NCBI GenBank assembly: GCA_002269645.1
Contig: NIVC01001150.1
Coordinates: 260,422-324,421, forward strand
Reading direction: 5' to 3'
DNA length: 64,000 nt
From: Macrostomum lignano
Taxonomy: Eukaryota
The notes under the pieces were generated by a model. The model did not search any database and was not told where the DNA came from. It saw nothing but the letters and a program-made list of their open reading frames with translations. How positions within the stretch are numbered: position 1 is the stretch's first letter; every line of letters begins with the position of its first letter. Made by a program: the position numbers and the translations under genes. This document shows positions 11,201 through 22,859 of the stretch, piece after piece.

Positions 11201-12239
11201 CTGCCGCACGGCAACCTGCTGCTGACCTGCTCCGCCGACAAGACCCTGCTGGTCTGGGACCCGCGCGTTGGCACCTCCGTGCACACCTTCTACGGCCACC
11301 TGCACAGCGTGAACCACGCCGCCTTCAGCCCCAAGGGCGACACCGTGGCCTCCGTGGACTCCTTCGGCTTCCTCAAGGTGTTCGACGTGCGCGCCGACCG
11401 GCCCAAGTCGGCGCTCGACCTCGGCCCGCACGCGGCGAACTGCGTCGCTTTCGACCCCTCGTCCACTCTGCTGGCCGTTGCCAGCAACGACGCCACCGTC
11501 AAGATGATCGAAGTCGCGACTGGAGGGGTGAGTCAGCGGCTGCAGGGAGCTTAGCTCAGCTAGATGTGGGATGAGGCGGGTGTGGGATGAGGCGGGTGTG
11601 GGATGAGGCGGGTGTGGGATTGGCCGGTTTGGAATGAGGCGGGTGTGGGAATGACGACGCGGTGTGGGATGAGGCGAGTGTGGGAATGACGACGCGGTGT
11701 GGGATGAGGCGGGTGTGGGAATGACGACGCGGTGTGGGATGAGGCGGGTGTGGGAATGACGACGCGGTGTGGGATGAGGCGGGTGTGGGATCAAGGGGTG
11801 TGGAATGAGGCAGGTGAGGTGTGGGATGAGGCGGGTGTGGGATCAAGGGGTGTGGAATGAGGCAGGTGAGGTGTGGGATGAGGCGGGTGTGGGATCAAGG
11901 GGTGTGGAATGAGGCAGGTGAGGTGTGGGATGAGGCGGGTGTGGGATGAGGCGGGTGTGGAATGAGGCAGGTGAGGTGTGGGATGAGGCGGGTGTGGGAA
12001 TGAGGCCGGTTATAGAAAAGCAGTGATTGGTCTCCCAGTTTACCTTTTTCACTGTCAAAAGTTCATGACGGCAGCCAATTTCTTGATTGGACTCAATACT
12101 AAAAATCAACTCACTGAACGGCCCGCAGGTGAGCAAGCTGGAAGGCCACGAAGACTCCGTGCAGTTCTGCAGCTTCGACCAGCACGGGGACTGCCTGATC
12201 TCGGCTGGCAGCGACCGCACAGTCCGCGTTTGGAACTGA
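8212..12239 (+). CDS. SPAG16: Sperm-associated antigen 16 (PF20), axonemal central-pair WD40 protein; start exon not located
   Basis: Exons 8212-8289 (EYNYEEVPVEDDF), 8902-9086 (VDDFVRSFLLKIGMQRTLDTFQ), 9488-9741 (AEFFELQQKG..ERDYHRMNHRRVMQEKNKL), 9840-10197 (HYAAYEPTL..KEKMLSKLERD), 10676-11527 (WD40 repeats) and 12129-12239 (KLEGHEDSV..SDRTVRVWN*). Phases are consistent and the motifs match recalled SPAG16 sequence. Confidence 0.93.
9180..9412. repeat. 44-bp intronic minisatellite
   Basis: GGGCTCCAAGAGATCCTCAGGGCGCGCCCTGTGCTGACGGGAGG, about 5 copies, in SPAG16 intron 9087-9487. Confidence 0.93.
10265..10520. repeat. 19-bp intronic minisatellite (CACTTCTAGCACACACATG)n
   Basis: Tandem array in SPAG16 intron 10198-10675. 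Confidence 0.92.
11565..12005. repeat. G-rich composite intronic minisatellite (GTGTGGGATGAGGCGG-based)
   Basis: Mixed 16-bp and longer variant units in SPAG16 intron 11528-12128. Confidence 0.92.
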
Positions 12240-12551
12240 AGGCCCGGGAATTTCGTTGTCTGCTTGTACAAGTATTTGTTGACAGTTTTCTTGCGCACTG
12301 CGATTTACTTTATGAATTTCTATTACAAAATAAATCACTTTTTGAATGAAATGTGAACCTGCCTTGCACGGCTTGCAGTGACAGAACTATTAGGTTCGGT
12401 TCAAAGAGTGGCCTCCACTTTTGATCGCTTTTAATGCTTTATTGTGCATGAGATCGAGGGACCAACAAACTCTTGAGTGCTGTTGGATGCGTGGCGAACC
12501 GGTTTTCTCAGGATGTCGTACTTTATTTGGCTCCGGAGATTACACGAGTGC

Positions 12552-12882
12552 TAACAGCAGCAAGGTGTCCGAAACCAGAGGGTCTCCATGCACCCAGCTG
12601 CCAGCTAATACATGTAACTAACAGCAGCAAGGTTTCCGAAACCAGAGGGTTCTCCATGCACCCAGCTGCCAGCTAATACATGTAGCTAACAGCAGCAAGG
12701 TGTCCGAAACCAGAGGGTTCTCCATGCACCCAGCTGCCAGCTAATACATGTAGCTAACAGCAGCAGGGTGTCCGAAACCAGAGGGTTCTCCATGCACCCA
12801 GCTGCCAGCTAATACATGTAGCTAACAGCAGCAGGGTGTCCGAAACCAGAGGGTTCTCCATGCACCCAGCTGCCAGCTAATA
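12552..12882. repeat. 67-68 bp tandem repeat, about 5 copies, between the convergent 3' ends of SPAG16 and VAC14
   Basis: Unit TAACAGCAGCAAGGTGTCCGAAACCAGAGGGTTCTCCATGCACCCAGCTGCCAGCTAATACATGTAGC. Confidence 0.93.
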
Positions 12883-13374
12883 CCATTGGCCGTACTGAGC
12901 AGTCCAGCGCTTCAAAAAATTATTGAGTCGCGAAAGCAAGATTCGAAATCGATATTAAAAATCTGCACAAAGCACGCAGGAATGCGGCATCCATTGCAGG
13001 AATTTATTCGCTGTGCTGCGGTGGAGAAGCGAAATGGCGGCAATACTGGCACTCCAGCTGGCATTCGAATGGCTTGAAAGGCGGCAATCAAATGGGAAAT
13101 AAAAAAGTGATGCACCGAGGCAATCTGGATTGAATTAACAGGGAAATCACAAGGCACCAGACTCACAATTCCATCCTCATCAGGCAGATATAAATAATTA
13201 TGCTGAAAACTTGTGCACTCTACTGATACAAAGTAGTGAGAGAGTGGCCTCTCATGATACGCATTGACACCAAGTGGAGTGGCGAATCGCAGCGGGGCAG
13301 AGCAAGTCAGCTTGACTGCACGCTGCTACTGAAAGTAGTGCAATAAAAATGTCTGTTCACTTTTGCCAAGCCGG

Positions 13375-16300
13375 TCACCGGATGTTGCTGGCTGACTGAG
13401 TCCGTTCGATCGTCGAGGCGGTCGACACCAGCGACAGCGGCAGCGTCTGCGGCTGCCGGCTGTGGCCGGTGGACAGGCGGGCCTGGCGGTGCAGCTCCTG
13501 GATCTGGGCGAACTGCTCCAGGCTGGGGTCGCAGTCCAGCAGCCACTTGCTGTGCACCTGCGGCTGCTGCTGCTGGTGCTGCAGGTGGAGGGGTGGCAGG
13601 CAGGACAGGCGCCGGTGCAGCTGGTGGAAGGCCTCGGTTTGCGGCAGGCACATCAGCAGGCCGAACAGGCAGCCCGTGAGGTCGGGGCTGCAGCCGGGGT
13701 TCAGCAGGTCCAGACGGACGTCTGCGGGAGCGGAGCGGGGATGGGCGTTGGGAAACCCCTGCAACTACGGGAAGGAACACATTCTGGGAGTGCCAGACAA
13801 AACGGGGATCTGAGAAGAGACAGCATGGGGATTTAGGGAGTGCCAGACAGCATGGGGATTGGAGAGTGCCAGACAGCATGGGGATCGGAGAGTGCCAGAC
13901 ATCACGGGGATCGGAGAGTGCCAGACATCACGGTGATTTGGGGAGTGCCAGACAGCACGGGGATCGGAGAGTGCCAGACAGCATGGGGATTATGGGAGTG
14001 CCAGACATCACGGGGATCGGAGAGTGCCAGACAGCATGGGGATTATGGGAGTGCCAGACATCACGGGGATCGGAGAGTGCCAGACAGCATGGGGATTTAG
14101 GGAGTGCCAGACATCACGGGGATCGGAGAGTGCCAGACAGCATGGGGATCGGAGAGTGCCAGACATCACGGGGATCGGAGAGTGCCAGACATCACGGTGA
14201 TTTGGGGAGTGCCAGACAGCACGGGGATCGGAGAGTGCCAGACAGCATGGGGATTATGGGAGTGCCAGACATCACGGGGATCGGAGAGTGCCAGACAGCA
14301 TGGGGATTATGGGAGTGCCAGACATCACGGGGATCGGAGAGTGCCAGACAGCATGGGGATTATGGGAGTGCCAGACATCACGGGGATCGGAGAGTGCCAG
14401 AAAGCATGGGGATTATGGGAGTGCCAGACATCACGGGGATCGGAGAGTGCCAGACAGCACGGAGATTTGGGGAGTGCCAGACAGCATGGAAATCTGGTGA
14501 GTGGAGCAATTGGAATGCTAGACTAAACTTTTAGGCTCAAGCTAAACAGCAAAGCGGTGCACATTATAAAAAGCAAGAAGAGGATGTCTCACACAGGAAG
14601 ATGGGGGACTCCAGCAGCTGGATCAGTTTGTCCAGCTCGATCAGCAGAGGCGTCGTGATTTCAATGTCTGCGCTAAAATTCAAGTGGTTGAAATTGGTTG
14701 TAAATTTATTAACGAAAGTTGGAAACTGGGCCAGCAATACAACCTTAACACACTACTCACAATTTGCTGACCAGTAGCTTGGCGTGGGCATAATTGCGCG
14801 ACAAGAAGCAGAGGGCGAGCGTGGCCGCGGGGTTGTGGCACCAGGCCCGGTACAGCGTGGCGCAGATGTCTGCGATGGCCTGCGGACAGGGGTGGACAAC
14901 TGATCCCACTCTCATGGGCTGTGATCCCACTCTCATGGTCTGTGATCCCACTCTCATGGACAACTGATCCCACTCTCATGGTCTGTGATCCCACTCTCAT
15001 GGGCTGTGATCCCACTCTCATGGGCTGTGATCCCACTCTCATGGTCTGTGATCCCACTCTCATGGGCTGTGATCCCACTCTCATGGTCTGTGATCCCACT
15101 CTCATGGTCTGTGATCCCACTCTTATCTTGTGTTTAGTTTCGTGACGCTGGTCCCATACCCTCAATGACGCTGGTCCCATACCCTCAGTGACGCTGGTCC
15201 CACACCCACGAATGCAACCCACCTGGTTATCCAGCCGGTGCAGCTGCAGCCGGAACTCGTGCAGGCTGGAGTCCGTGAGCAGGATGAGGCTCAGGGCGCC
15301 AATCATGTAGAAGGCGGCCTCCAGCTCGGATGAGTCGGCGGCGGCCTCGGCCGGGAAGGCGTGCAGGATGTGCAGCGCCAGGGCGGAGAAGACCCGCTGC
15401 GGGGTGAGCAGGCGGCTCAGGCAGGTGACGATGGCGTGGCCGCTGTCAGTCAGCTTGGACCTGCTGCGGAACAGCTTGAAGATCTCGTGCACCAGCCGCA
15501 CGAAGCAGGGGTGCTCGGTGGCCAGCCGCTGCCGCAGCGTCTCCGGCACGGCCTCCAGTAGGGCCTGGCCGGCCTCGGCCAGTTCCGGACACTCGGCCAG
15601 AGCCGCCAGCGTCGCCAGGCTGTCGGCTAGCGCGTCCGGCGCCGATGCAGCGCTGAGCTCGGCCAGCGTGTTGGCCAGCACGGGGAACAGGGAGGTCACG
15701 TGACGGGAGAGCAGGGCGGGCACCTGGGAGAGGAGGCGGCGCAGCCACACCAGGGCCACCGGCAGGCTGGGCGGCGAGGCGCAGGCGTGCAGCAGCACGG
15801 AGACCAGCGCCTCCACCGACTGTTCGGAGGGCGGCTGCTCGCGGCTCACGAGGCCCAGCAGCAGGTCGTTGGCACCGCGGGCCAGCTCGGACAGGCGGGC
15901 GGCCGGAGCCGGCAGCACCAGCGATGGCAGCAGGGCCTGCAGGTGACAATGGAAATGTTCTGGGATCCTGCCAGGTGTATTCTGGGATCCTGCCAGGTGT
16001 ATTCTGGGATCCTGCCAGGTGTATTTTGGGATCCCGTCAAGTGAATTCCGAGATACTGTCAAGTGTATTCTAGGATGATATAGGGAGTATTTAAGATCAT
16101 AGAGCTTTCTTAGATCCCATCATGAGTAACTCAAAGATCCCATCATGAATAACTCAAAGATCCCGTCATGAGTAACTCAAAGATCCCATCACACCGAGGT
16201 ACCCCACTGACTCCCGGACTCGAACCTGCAGGAAGCTGGCCGCGTGCCCCCTAACAGTGTCGGGACAGAGCGGGATGAGCTGCGCGAGCCAGCGAAGCGC

Positions 16301-19300
16301 CGCCTGTCGCACGGGCTCCTGCCTGCTGACGCAGTGCTGGGCGATGATGTTGATCATGCCAGTGAAGTCCGCCTCTGCTGAGCCCCGCCGCTCCAGGTCG
16401 CCCAGCAGCTGGTCGAGCAGCTCGAGCGTCATGCGGTAGATCTCCGGCCGCTCATCGCCGAGGATCAGCAGGAGGCCGTCCAGCAGCTCGTGCAGGAACG
16501 GCAGCAGGTTGAACTGCGGCGATGAGTGCAGGGTGCTCACCTGGGGAAGGAGGGCGGGTTGATAAAGTTCAATCTGTCCCTGTATACACAAGTAAATTGC
16601 TCAGAATGCTGCCCAGCGGCCAGAGCCTACTCACCCAGGAAACCAGGAACTGGCGCACGTAGACATTCTCAGAGTACATTCTGTCCTTGGCTAGACTGAC
16701 GAACTCCTCCATGCTGAGCCGCTCGGCGCTCGAGTCCAGCACCACCTCCTGCGGGAGTGGGGGCAAGGAGTCACGGGGAGTGGGGACGGTGGATGGAAGT
16801 GCGGCTGAAATCCGGTGAAAGAAAAAGCAGACAGACAGAGTAGAAACAGAGACAGACTGCTTTCACAGGCTTTGAGCGCTGCCACAGGTCAAGGCGGAAA
16901 TCGACTCGCAGCCAGCGGGGAGGCAAAGAATCCGCAGAGCCCTGAGCGCTCAAATGCACACAGGGTGCACAGCGGCCCTGAGCACTCACATGCAAACAGG
17001 GTGCACAGCGGCCCTGAGCACTCACTTGCACACAGGGTGCACAGCGGCCCTGAGCACTCACATGCACACAGGGTGCACAGCGGCCCTGAGCACTCACTTG
17101 CACACAGGTGCACAGCGGCCCTGAGCACTCACATGCACACAGGGTGCACAGCGGCCCTGAGCACTCACTTGCACACAGGGTGCACAGCGGCCCTGAGTTT
17201 CTCATCGTCGGGCATGCATACACAATTCTGTGCCTTGGAGTTGACCATCATGGTCATGGAAGAGAATAGCAAAAGCCCAGAGCTAATTTTGGCACAAGAA
17301 CCCAGACAGACAGACAGACAGACAGTCAGACACTACGAGTAAGACAGAGACAGACAGACACTAAGACAGACACTAAGACAGAGACAGACAGACAGACAGA
17401 CAGACACTAAGACAGAGACAGACAGACACTAAAACACGGACAGGCAGTACACAAGTGCAAATGGTATATAGTAATACAAGCCAAACCTTGAGCAGCTTGT
17501 CGAGCATCTCGGACCCCTTCCGAATGGTGGCCTCAGGGTCCTGGGCGCAGGCGGAGAGCCCGGCGAACAGCAGGCTGAAGTGCGGATGACGCTGGCCCGG
17601 ATGACCTTGACGATGTTGTACAGCGCTTCGCAGGCGTAGTAGCGGACGCGGCTGTCCCTGTCGTTGCACAGGATGTCGCAGGCGGGCCGGAACAGCTCGT
17701 CCGTGTACTTCGGCGCCTCCTGTACCGGAAGGATGAGTTGATTTTTTAAATATGTAGCCCCTAAATCGTTCTTATCTTTTGGACTTCTGCCTCATGAGTT
17801 GCCTGGAGCAGGTGTACACAGGGGCAGGTGTACACAGGGGCAGGTGTACACAGGGGCAGGTGTACACAGGGGCAGGTGTAACAGGGGCAGGTGTATACAG
17901 AGGAAGTTGCATATAGGGGCAGGTGTACACAGGGCAGGTGTACACAGAGAAGGTGAACACAGGAGCAGGTGAACACAGGGGCAGGTGTACACAGGGGCAG
18001 GTGTAAACAGGGGCAGGTGTACACAGGGGCAGGTGTACACAGGGGCAGGTGTACACAGGGGCAGGTGTATACAGAGGAAGTTGCATATAGGGGCAGGTGT
18101 ACACAGGGGCAGGTGTACACAGGGGCAGGTGTACACAGGGGCAGGTGTATACAGAGGAAGTTGCATATAGGGGCAGGTGTACACAGGGCAGGTGTACACA
18201 GAGAAGGTGAACACAGGGGCAGGTGAACACAGGGGCAGGTGTACACAGGGGCAGGTGTAAACAGGGGCAGGTGTACACAGGGGCAGGTGTACACAGGGGC
18301 AGGTGTACACAGGGGCAGGTGTACACAGGGGCAGGTGTAAACAGGGGCAGGTGTACACAGGGGCAGGTGTACACAGGGGCAGGTGTACACAGGGGCAGGT
18401 GTAACAGGGGCAGGTGTATACAGAGGAAGTTGCATATAGGGGCAGGTGTACACAGGGCAGGTGTACACAGAGAAGGTGAACACAGGGGCAGGTGAACACA
18501 GGGGCAGGTGTACACAGGGGCAGGTGTAAACAGGGGCAGGTGTACACAGGGGCAGGTGTACACAGGGGCAGGTGTACACAGGGCAGGTGTATACAGAGGA
18601 AGTTGCATATAGGGGCAGGTGTACACAGGGGCAGGTGTACACAGGGGCAGGTGTACACAGGGGCAGGTGTATACAGAGGAAGTTGCATATAGGGGCAGGT
18701 GTACACAGGGCAGGTGTACACAGAGAAGGTGTACACAGGGGCAGGTGTACACAGGGGCAGGTGTATACAGAGGAAGTTGCATATAGGGGCAGGTGTACAC
18801 AGGGGCAGGTGTACACAGGGGCAGGTGTACACAGGGGCAGGTGTATACAGAGGAAGTTGCATATAGGGGCAGGTGTACACAGGGCAGGTGTACACAGGGC
18901 AGGTGTACACAGGGCAGGTGTACACAGGGAAGGTGTATACAGGGACAGGTGTTAGGGTTATTATTATTATTAATAGATAATTAGCGATTCGCAGCCCCAA
19001 AAGCCGACCTTTCCCAGCGCGATGGCTGACGCTGCCAGGCCGATGAGGCCGCCCTTGCGCGTATTGGGGTTGGCCGACTCCAGGAACTCCGACCGCAGCA
19101 GGAACAGCAGGCTGCGAGTGTCCGCCTCCTTGCCGTCCTTCTGGTAGTCCCGCACTATCCTGCGGGCGGCAGTGTGTAAATTGTGGGCGGAGTCCGCAGT
19201 ATATACTCTGGGACAGGTGTCCACTGGGACAGATGTACATTGAAAAGGTGTACACTGGGACAGGTGTACATTGAACAGGTGTACACTGGGATAGGTGTAC

Positions 19301-19661
19301 ATTGGTGCAGGTGTACACTGGGGCAGGTGTACATTAGGGCAGGTGTACATTGGGGCAGGTGTACCCTATGGCAGGTGTACACTGGGGCAGTTGTACACTG
19401 GGGCAGGTGTACATTGGGACAGGTGTACACTAGGACAGGTGTACATTGGTGCAGGTGTACACTGGGACAGGTGTACACTGGGGCAGGTGTACACTGGGGC
19501 AGGTGTACACTGGGGCAGGTGTACACTGGTGCAGGTGTGTGAATCAAATGTAATTACCGCTCAATATCCATGGCCGCCGTCTTCCGCTTCTCATAGAGCT
19601 TGTCCGTGAGGTTCTTGACGCAGGTGACGGTCAGCGGACCGACTGGCTTGTCTGCACTCAT
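13375..19661 (-). CDS. VAC14: VAC14, scaffold of the PIKfyve/FIG4 PI(3,5)P2 complex; one 1-nt frameshift in exon 3
   Basis: Exons (high to low): 19661-19558 ([10 protein letters not shown]), 19159-19009 ([12 protein letters not shown]), 17719-17487 ([18 protein letters not shown]), 16748-16635 ([14 protein letters not shown]), 16540-16226, 15936-15223, 14879-14761 (LYRAWCHNP), 14672-14593 and 13721-13375 (junction reads [22 protein letters not shown]; [13 protein letters not shown]). Exon 3 is 233 nt between two phase-0 junctions, so 1 nt is missing near 17584. Confidence 0.94.
13790..14500. repeat. About 26-bp intronic minisatellite (GGGATCGGAGAGTGCCAGACAKCAYG-like)
   Basis: Variant tandem units in VAC14 intron 13722-14592. 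Confidence 0.93.
14898..15125. repeat. 21-bp intronic minisatellite (TGATCCCACTCTCATGGKCTG)n
   Basis: Tandem array in VAC14 intron 14880-15222. Confidence 0.93.
15957..16195. repeat. Two short intronic tandem repeats (22-bp CTGGGATCCTGCCAGGTGTATT; 26-bp AAGATCCCATCATGAGTAACTC-based)
   Basis: Three to four copies each in VAC14 intron 15937-16225. Confidence 0.8.
16955..17197. repeat. About 36-bp intronic minisatellite (CACAGGGTGCACAGCGGCCCTGAGCACTCACWTGCA)
   Basis: About 6-7 copies in VAC14 intron 16749-17486. A GACA-rich tract follows near 17300-17430. Confidence 0.92.
17805..18950. repeat. 15-bp minisatellite (GGGGCAGGTGTACACA-type) with higher-order structure
   Basis: Large array in VAC14 intron 17720-19008. 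Variant units GAGGAAGTTGCATATAGG and GAGAAGGTGAACAC recur periodically. Confidence 0.95.
19208..19540. repeat. 16-bp minisatellite (GGGCAGGTGTACACTG)n
   Basis: Array in VAC14 intron 19160-19557, related to the array in the next intron. Confidence 0.93.
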
Positions 19662-20066
19662 TGCTGCCGCGGCTGGGGTCAGTCAGCGGCAGGAATTGTG
19701 TCAGGCCGGGTGTCAGAGCAGGCAGCTGAAGAATGCCCGCCATTGGGATCGTCTAGAACTGGCATAGTATGGCAAAAGTTCCCACAAAAAAATTCAAGGC
19801 AACGAAAAGAAATCAGGCGGCAGGTGGAAATTTTCCGCATCAAGCTGACAGTGTGTCAGATTTTATTAATCTCCCTGACAGCGGCGGAGGCCAGGGTGTC
19901 AGGACTGGGATCGAGCGCTGGCAGCAAAATGCAGTCCATAACAAAGAGTACCTTGACTCAGAGGTGGCAGCTATGTAATAAGCTTTGATAATATGAGCCA
20001 GTGATTAACACTAGTTTGCAAGGGAAATGCCAAACAAGATACTTTCTCCTAGAAGCAGCAAAACTT

Positions 20067-22187
20067 TCATTTCCGTTTGCCCAGAGTCTTGGACTTCATA
20101 AGCGACTTCATCTTCTGATTGGCCCGACCGCTGGCAGCTGCCTTCTTGTACTTGCGGCTCTTGCTGTCCCGCGCGTTCTGCCGCCTCGACTTGCCGCCCT
20201 CGGTAGACACTTTGCCCGCCGTCTTCTTCTTCTGCGGCCGCCTCCGCCCGTCGACCGCGTTGGCAGCGTCGCCGGACTGCTCCCGCTGCTGCTGCAGCCG
20301 GTTGACGGCCCGCTCCGTGTTGAGCGGATCGGTTCGGCGGGCCGCCAGCTCCTTCAGCACCTGCTCCTGAATGCCCCGCTCTGCTGTCAGCGAGCCCGTG
20401 TTGGGCAGGAAATGCCGCCGCCTGCCCTGCAGGTGACCGACCTGCGGGATGAGGGCAACGATAGGTGAGATGTTTGGTTGCAGCGGGATGGGATTATTGG
20501 TTGCTACGGGATGGGATCATTGATGGCAGCGGGATGGGATCATTGGTTGCAGCGGGATGGGATCATTGGTTGCAGCGGGATGGGATCATTGATTGCAGCG
20601 GGATGGGATCATTGGTTGCAGCGGGATGGGATCATTGATGGCAGCGGGATGGGATCATTGGTTGCAGCGGGATGGGATTATTGGTTGCAGCGGGATGGGA
20701 TCATTGATGGCAGCGGGATGGGATCATTGGTTGCAGCGGGATGGGATCATTAATTGCAGTGGGATGGGATTATTGATTGCAGCGGGATGGGATTATTGGT
20801 TACAACTGGATGGGATTATTGATTGCAGCGGGATGGGTTGCAGTTGGATGGGATTATTGGTTGCAGCGGGATGGGATTATTGGTTACAACTGGATGGGAT
20901 TATTGATTGCAGCGGGATGGGATTATTGATTGCAGCGGGATGGGATCATTGGTTGCAGTTGGATGGGATTATTGGTTACAGCGGGATGGGATTATTAGTT
21001 GCAACTGGATGGGATTATTGGTTGCAGCTGGATGGGATTATTGATTGCAGCGGGATGGGATTATTGGTTACAACTGGATGGGATTATTGATTGCAGCGGG
21101 ATAGAATTATTGATTGCAGCGGGATGGGATCATTGGTTACAGCGGGATGGGATTATTGGTTACAACTGGATGGGAGTATTGGTTGCAGCTGGATGGGATT
21201 ATTGATTGCAGCGGGATGGGTTGCAGTTGGATCGGATTATTGGTTACAACTGGATGGGATTATTGGTTGCAGCTGGATGGGATTATTGTTGCAGCGGGAT
21301 GGGATCATTGGTTGCAGTTGGATGGGATTATTGGTTGCAGCGGGATGGGATTATTGGTTGCAACCGGATGGGATTATTGGTTGCAGCGGGATGGGATCAT
21401 TGGTTGCAACTGGATGGGATTATTGGTGCAAGTTAAAGTGCTAATAGTACGTCAACTGTGCTGAGAAAGCACTGCTCATGGCTATTAATTACTTGCTATT
21501 TGAATGCGCTAAACGAACCTTTTCCCCGCCCACTTTGGCCGAGAACTGTCCGACTGAGGCGTCAGACCGTTTGGCCACCACCAGGGCCCGCTTAAGCTCC
21601 TTGCTGGAGCTGGTGGCGCCGCCGCCGCCGGCGCTGAGGGCGGGCAGGGTGCCGCCGAGGCGCATGTTCCGGCTGATGTTCTTCAGTCGCTGCAGCTCGT
21701 TTTTGGCCACGCGCTCTTTCTTCTCCTTCTTCAGCCGGCCGAACTGGTCCTCGTTGGGGTCGGCCGAGGCCGGCACCTCCAGCAGCCACTCCTTGCTGGG
21801 GTCGGCCCGCCCGTAGCCCCAGCGGGGCCGCCACTCGCCAGTGGCCTCGTCCCACACCGCCTGCTCCTTCTTGTTTCTGCGGATGCTCTTGAGGCGGGCG
21901 AACTCCTCCCAGCGGCTCGGCGGCTTTGGCTTCGGCGGCGGCTTCTCCCGCGGCAACGGCGTGCTGGGTGGCGGCAGGGGCGCCACCACCGCGTCCTCCA
22001 CGCGCTCCGCGGGCAGCCGCTGCCAGATCTCCGACAGCAGCGACTGCGCATTCTCGCGGGCCACCGCGGCCAGGTAGGGCTCGAGTTCGGGACCTCGCGT
22101 GGAGGCCGGATCCAGTGGGTTCGGGTTGTTGATAAGCAGCAAGCCGAGGTCGAAGGTGGGCGGCACGCTGGTTGCCAAAACAGACAT
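20067..22187 (-). CDS. RRS1: Ribosome biogenesis regulatory protein RRS1
   Basis: Exon 22187-21519 (FDLGLLL..LPREKPPPKPKPPSRWEEFARLKSI..WDEATGEWRPRWGY..KKERVAKNELQRLKN..SDASVGQF) is spliced in phase 0 to exon 20441-20067 (Lys/Arg-rich tail). Motifs match the RRS1 family. Confidence 0.93.
20478..21430. repeat. 23-bp intronic minisatellite (GCAGCGGGATGGGATYATTGRTT)n
   Basis: Fills almost the whole RRS1 intron 20442-21518. Confidence 0.95.
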
Positions 22188-22859
22188 GGCGTGCAGCAAG
22201 AGGCGGCGAGTGCTGACTTATTGCTGCCAACAGTAAAAATTTTAAGCATGCTAACAGCTAGCCAATACTAATGCCATCTGTTCGCCTTATCCAAGTGGCC
22301 TATACTAAAAAACGTTTTGACCTGTTTGATAACAAATAAAATGGCTTCATTTCAATGCCTATCACAGCATATGCAAGCTCTGTTTAAAGCAAAGAAACTA
22401 AAATTGTCATCTACGAGTATCTATATTTTAATACTTTCTAGGTATAAACAGTCACATTTTCATGAAAACTATCACACTAGTTTCAGATAAAATCAAGTTG
22501 CACATGCATGAACATTATTTATATTAGCTTTATTTTATTTTATAGTTTTTTTTATAATAATATATAGAGCCTATAGAAATCTACTAGCCATTTTTCCCCC
22601 CTCCGGGTGGCTTCTTAGCAGTTTAGCGCTTGTCTATAAGCAGTTTTGCACAGTCGCTGAGCAAATCTCACTAATCTCCAAGCAGTTCTGCAGTAGCAAA
22701 TCTCTAAGCAGTTGTACACCAATTTTACTGAGACTAAAAAGTTCGAAAAAGTTACTTTTCTTAATGTTTGAAACTTTGCAATGTCAATTCATTTATAGTT
22801 CTTTTATGATTATTTGTTATTTTTAAATCCTCACCAGATTAGTACAATTCTCCTACATT

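Noticed and set aside
19769-19978. 69-aa plus-strand ORF in the RRS1-VAC14 gap
   Set aside because: It is antisense to a 3' UTR/intercistronic region and has no homology cues.
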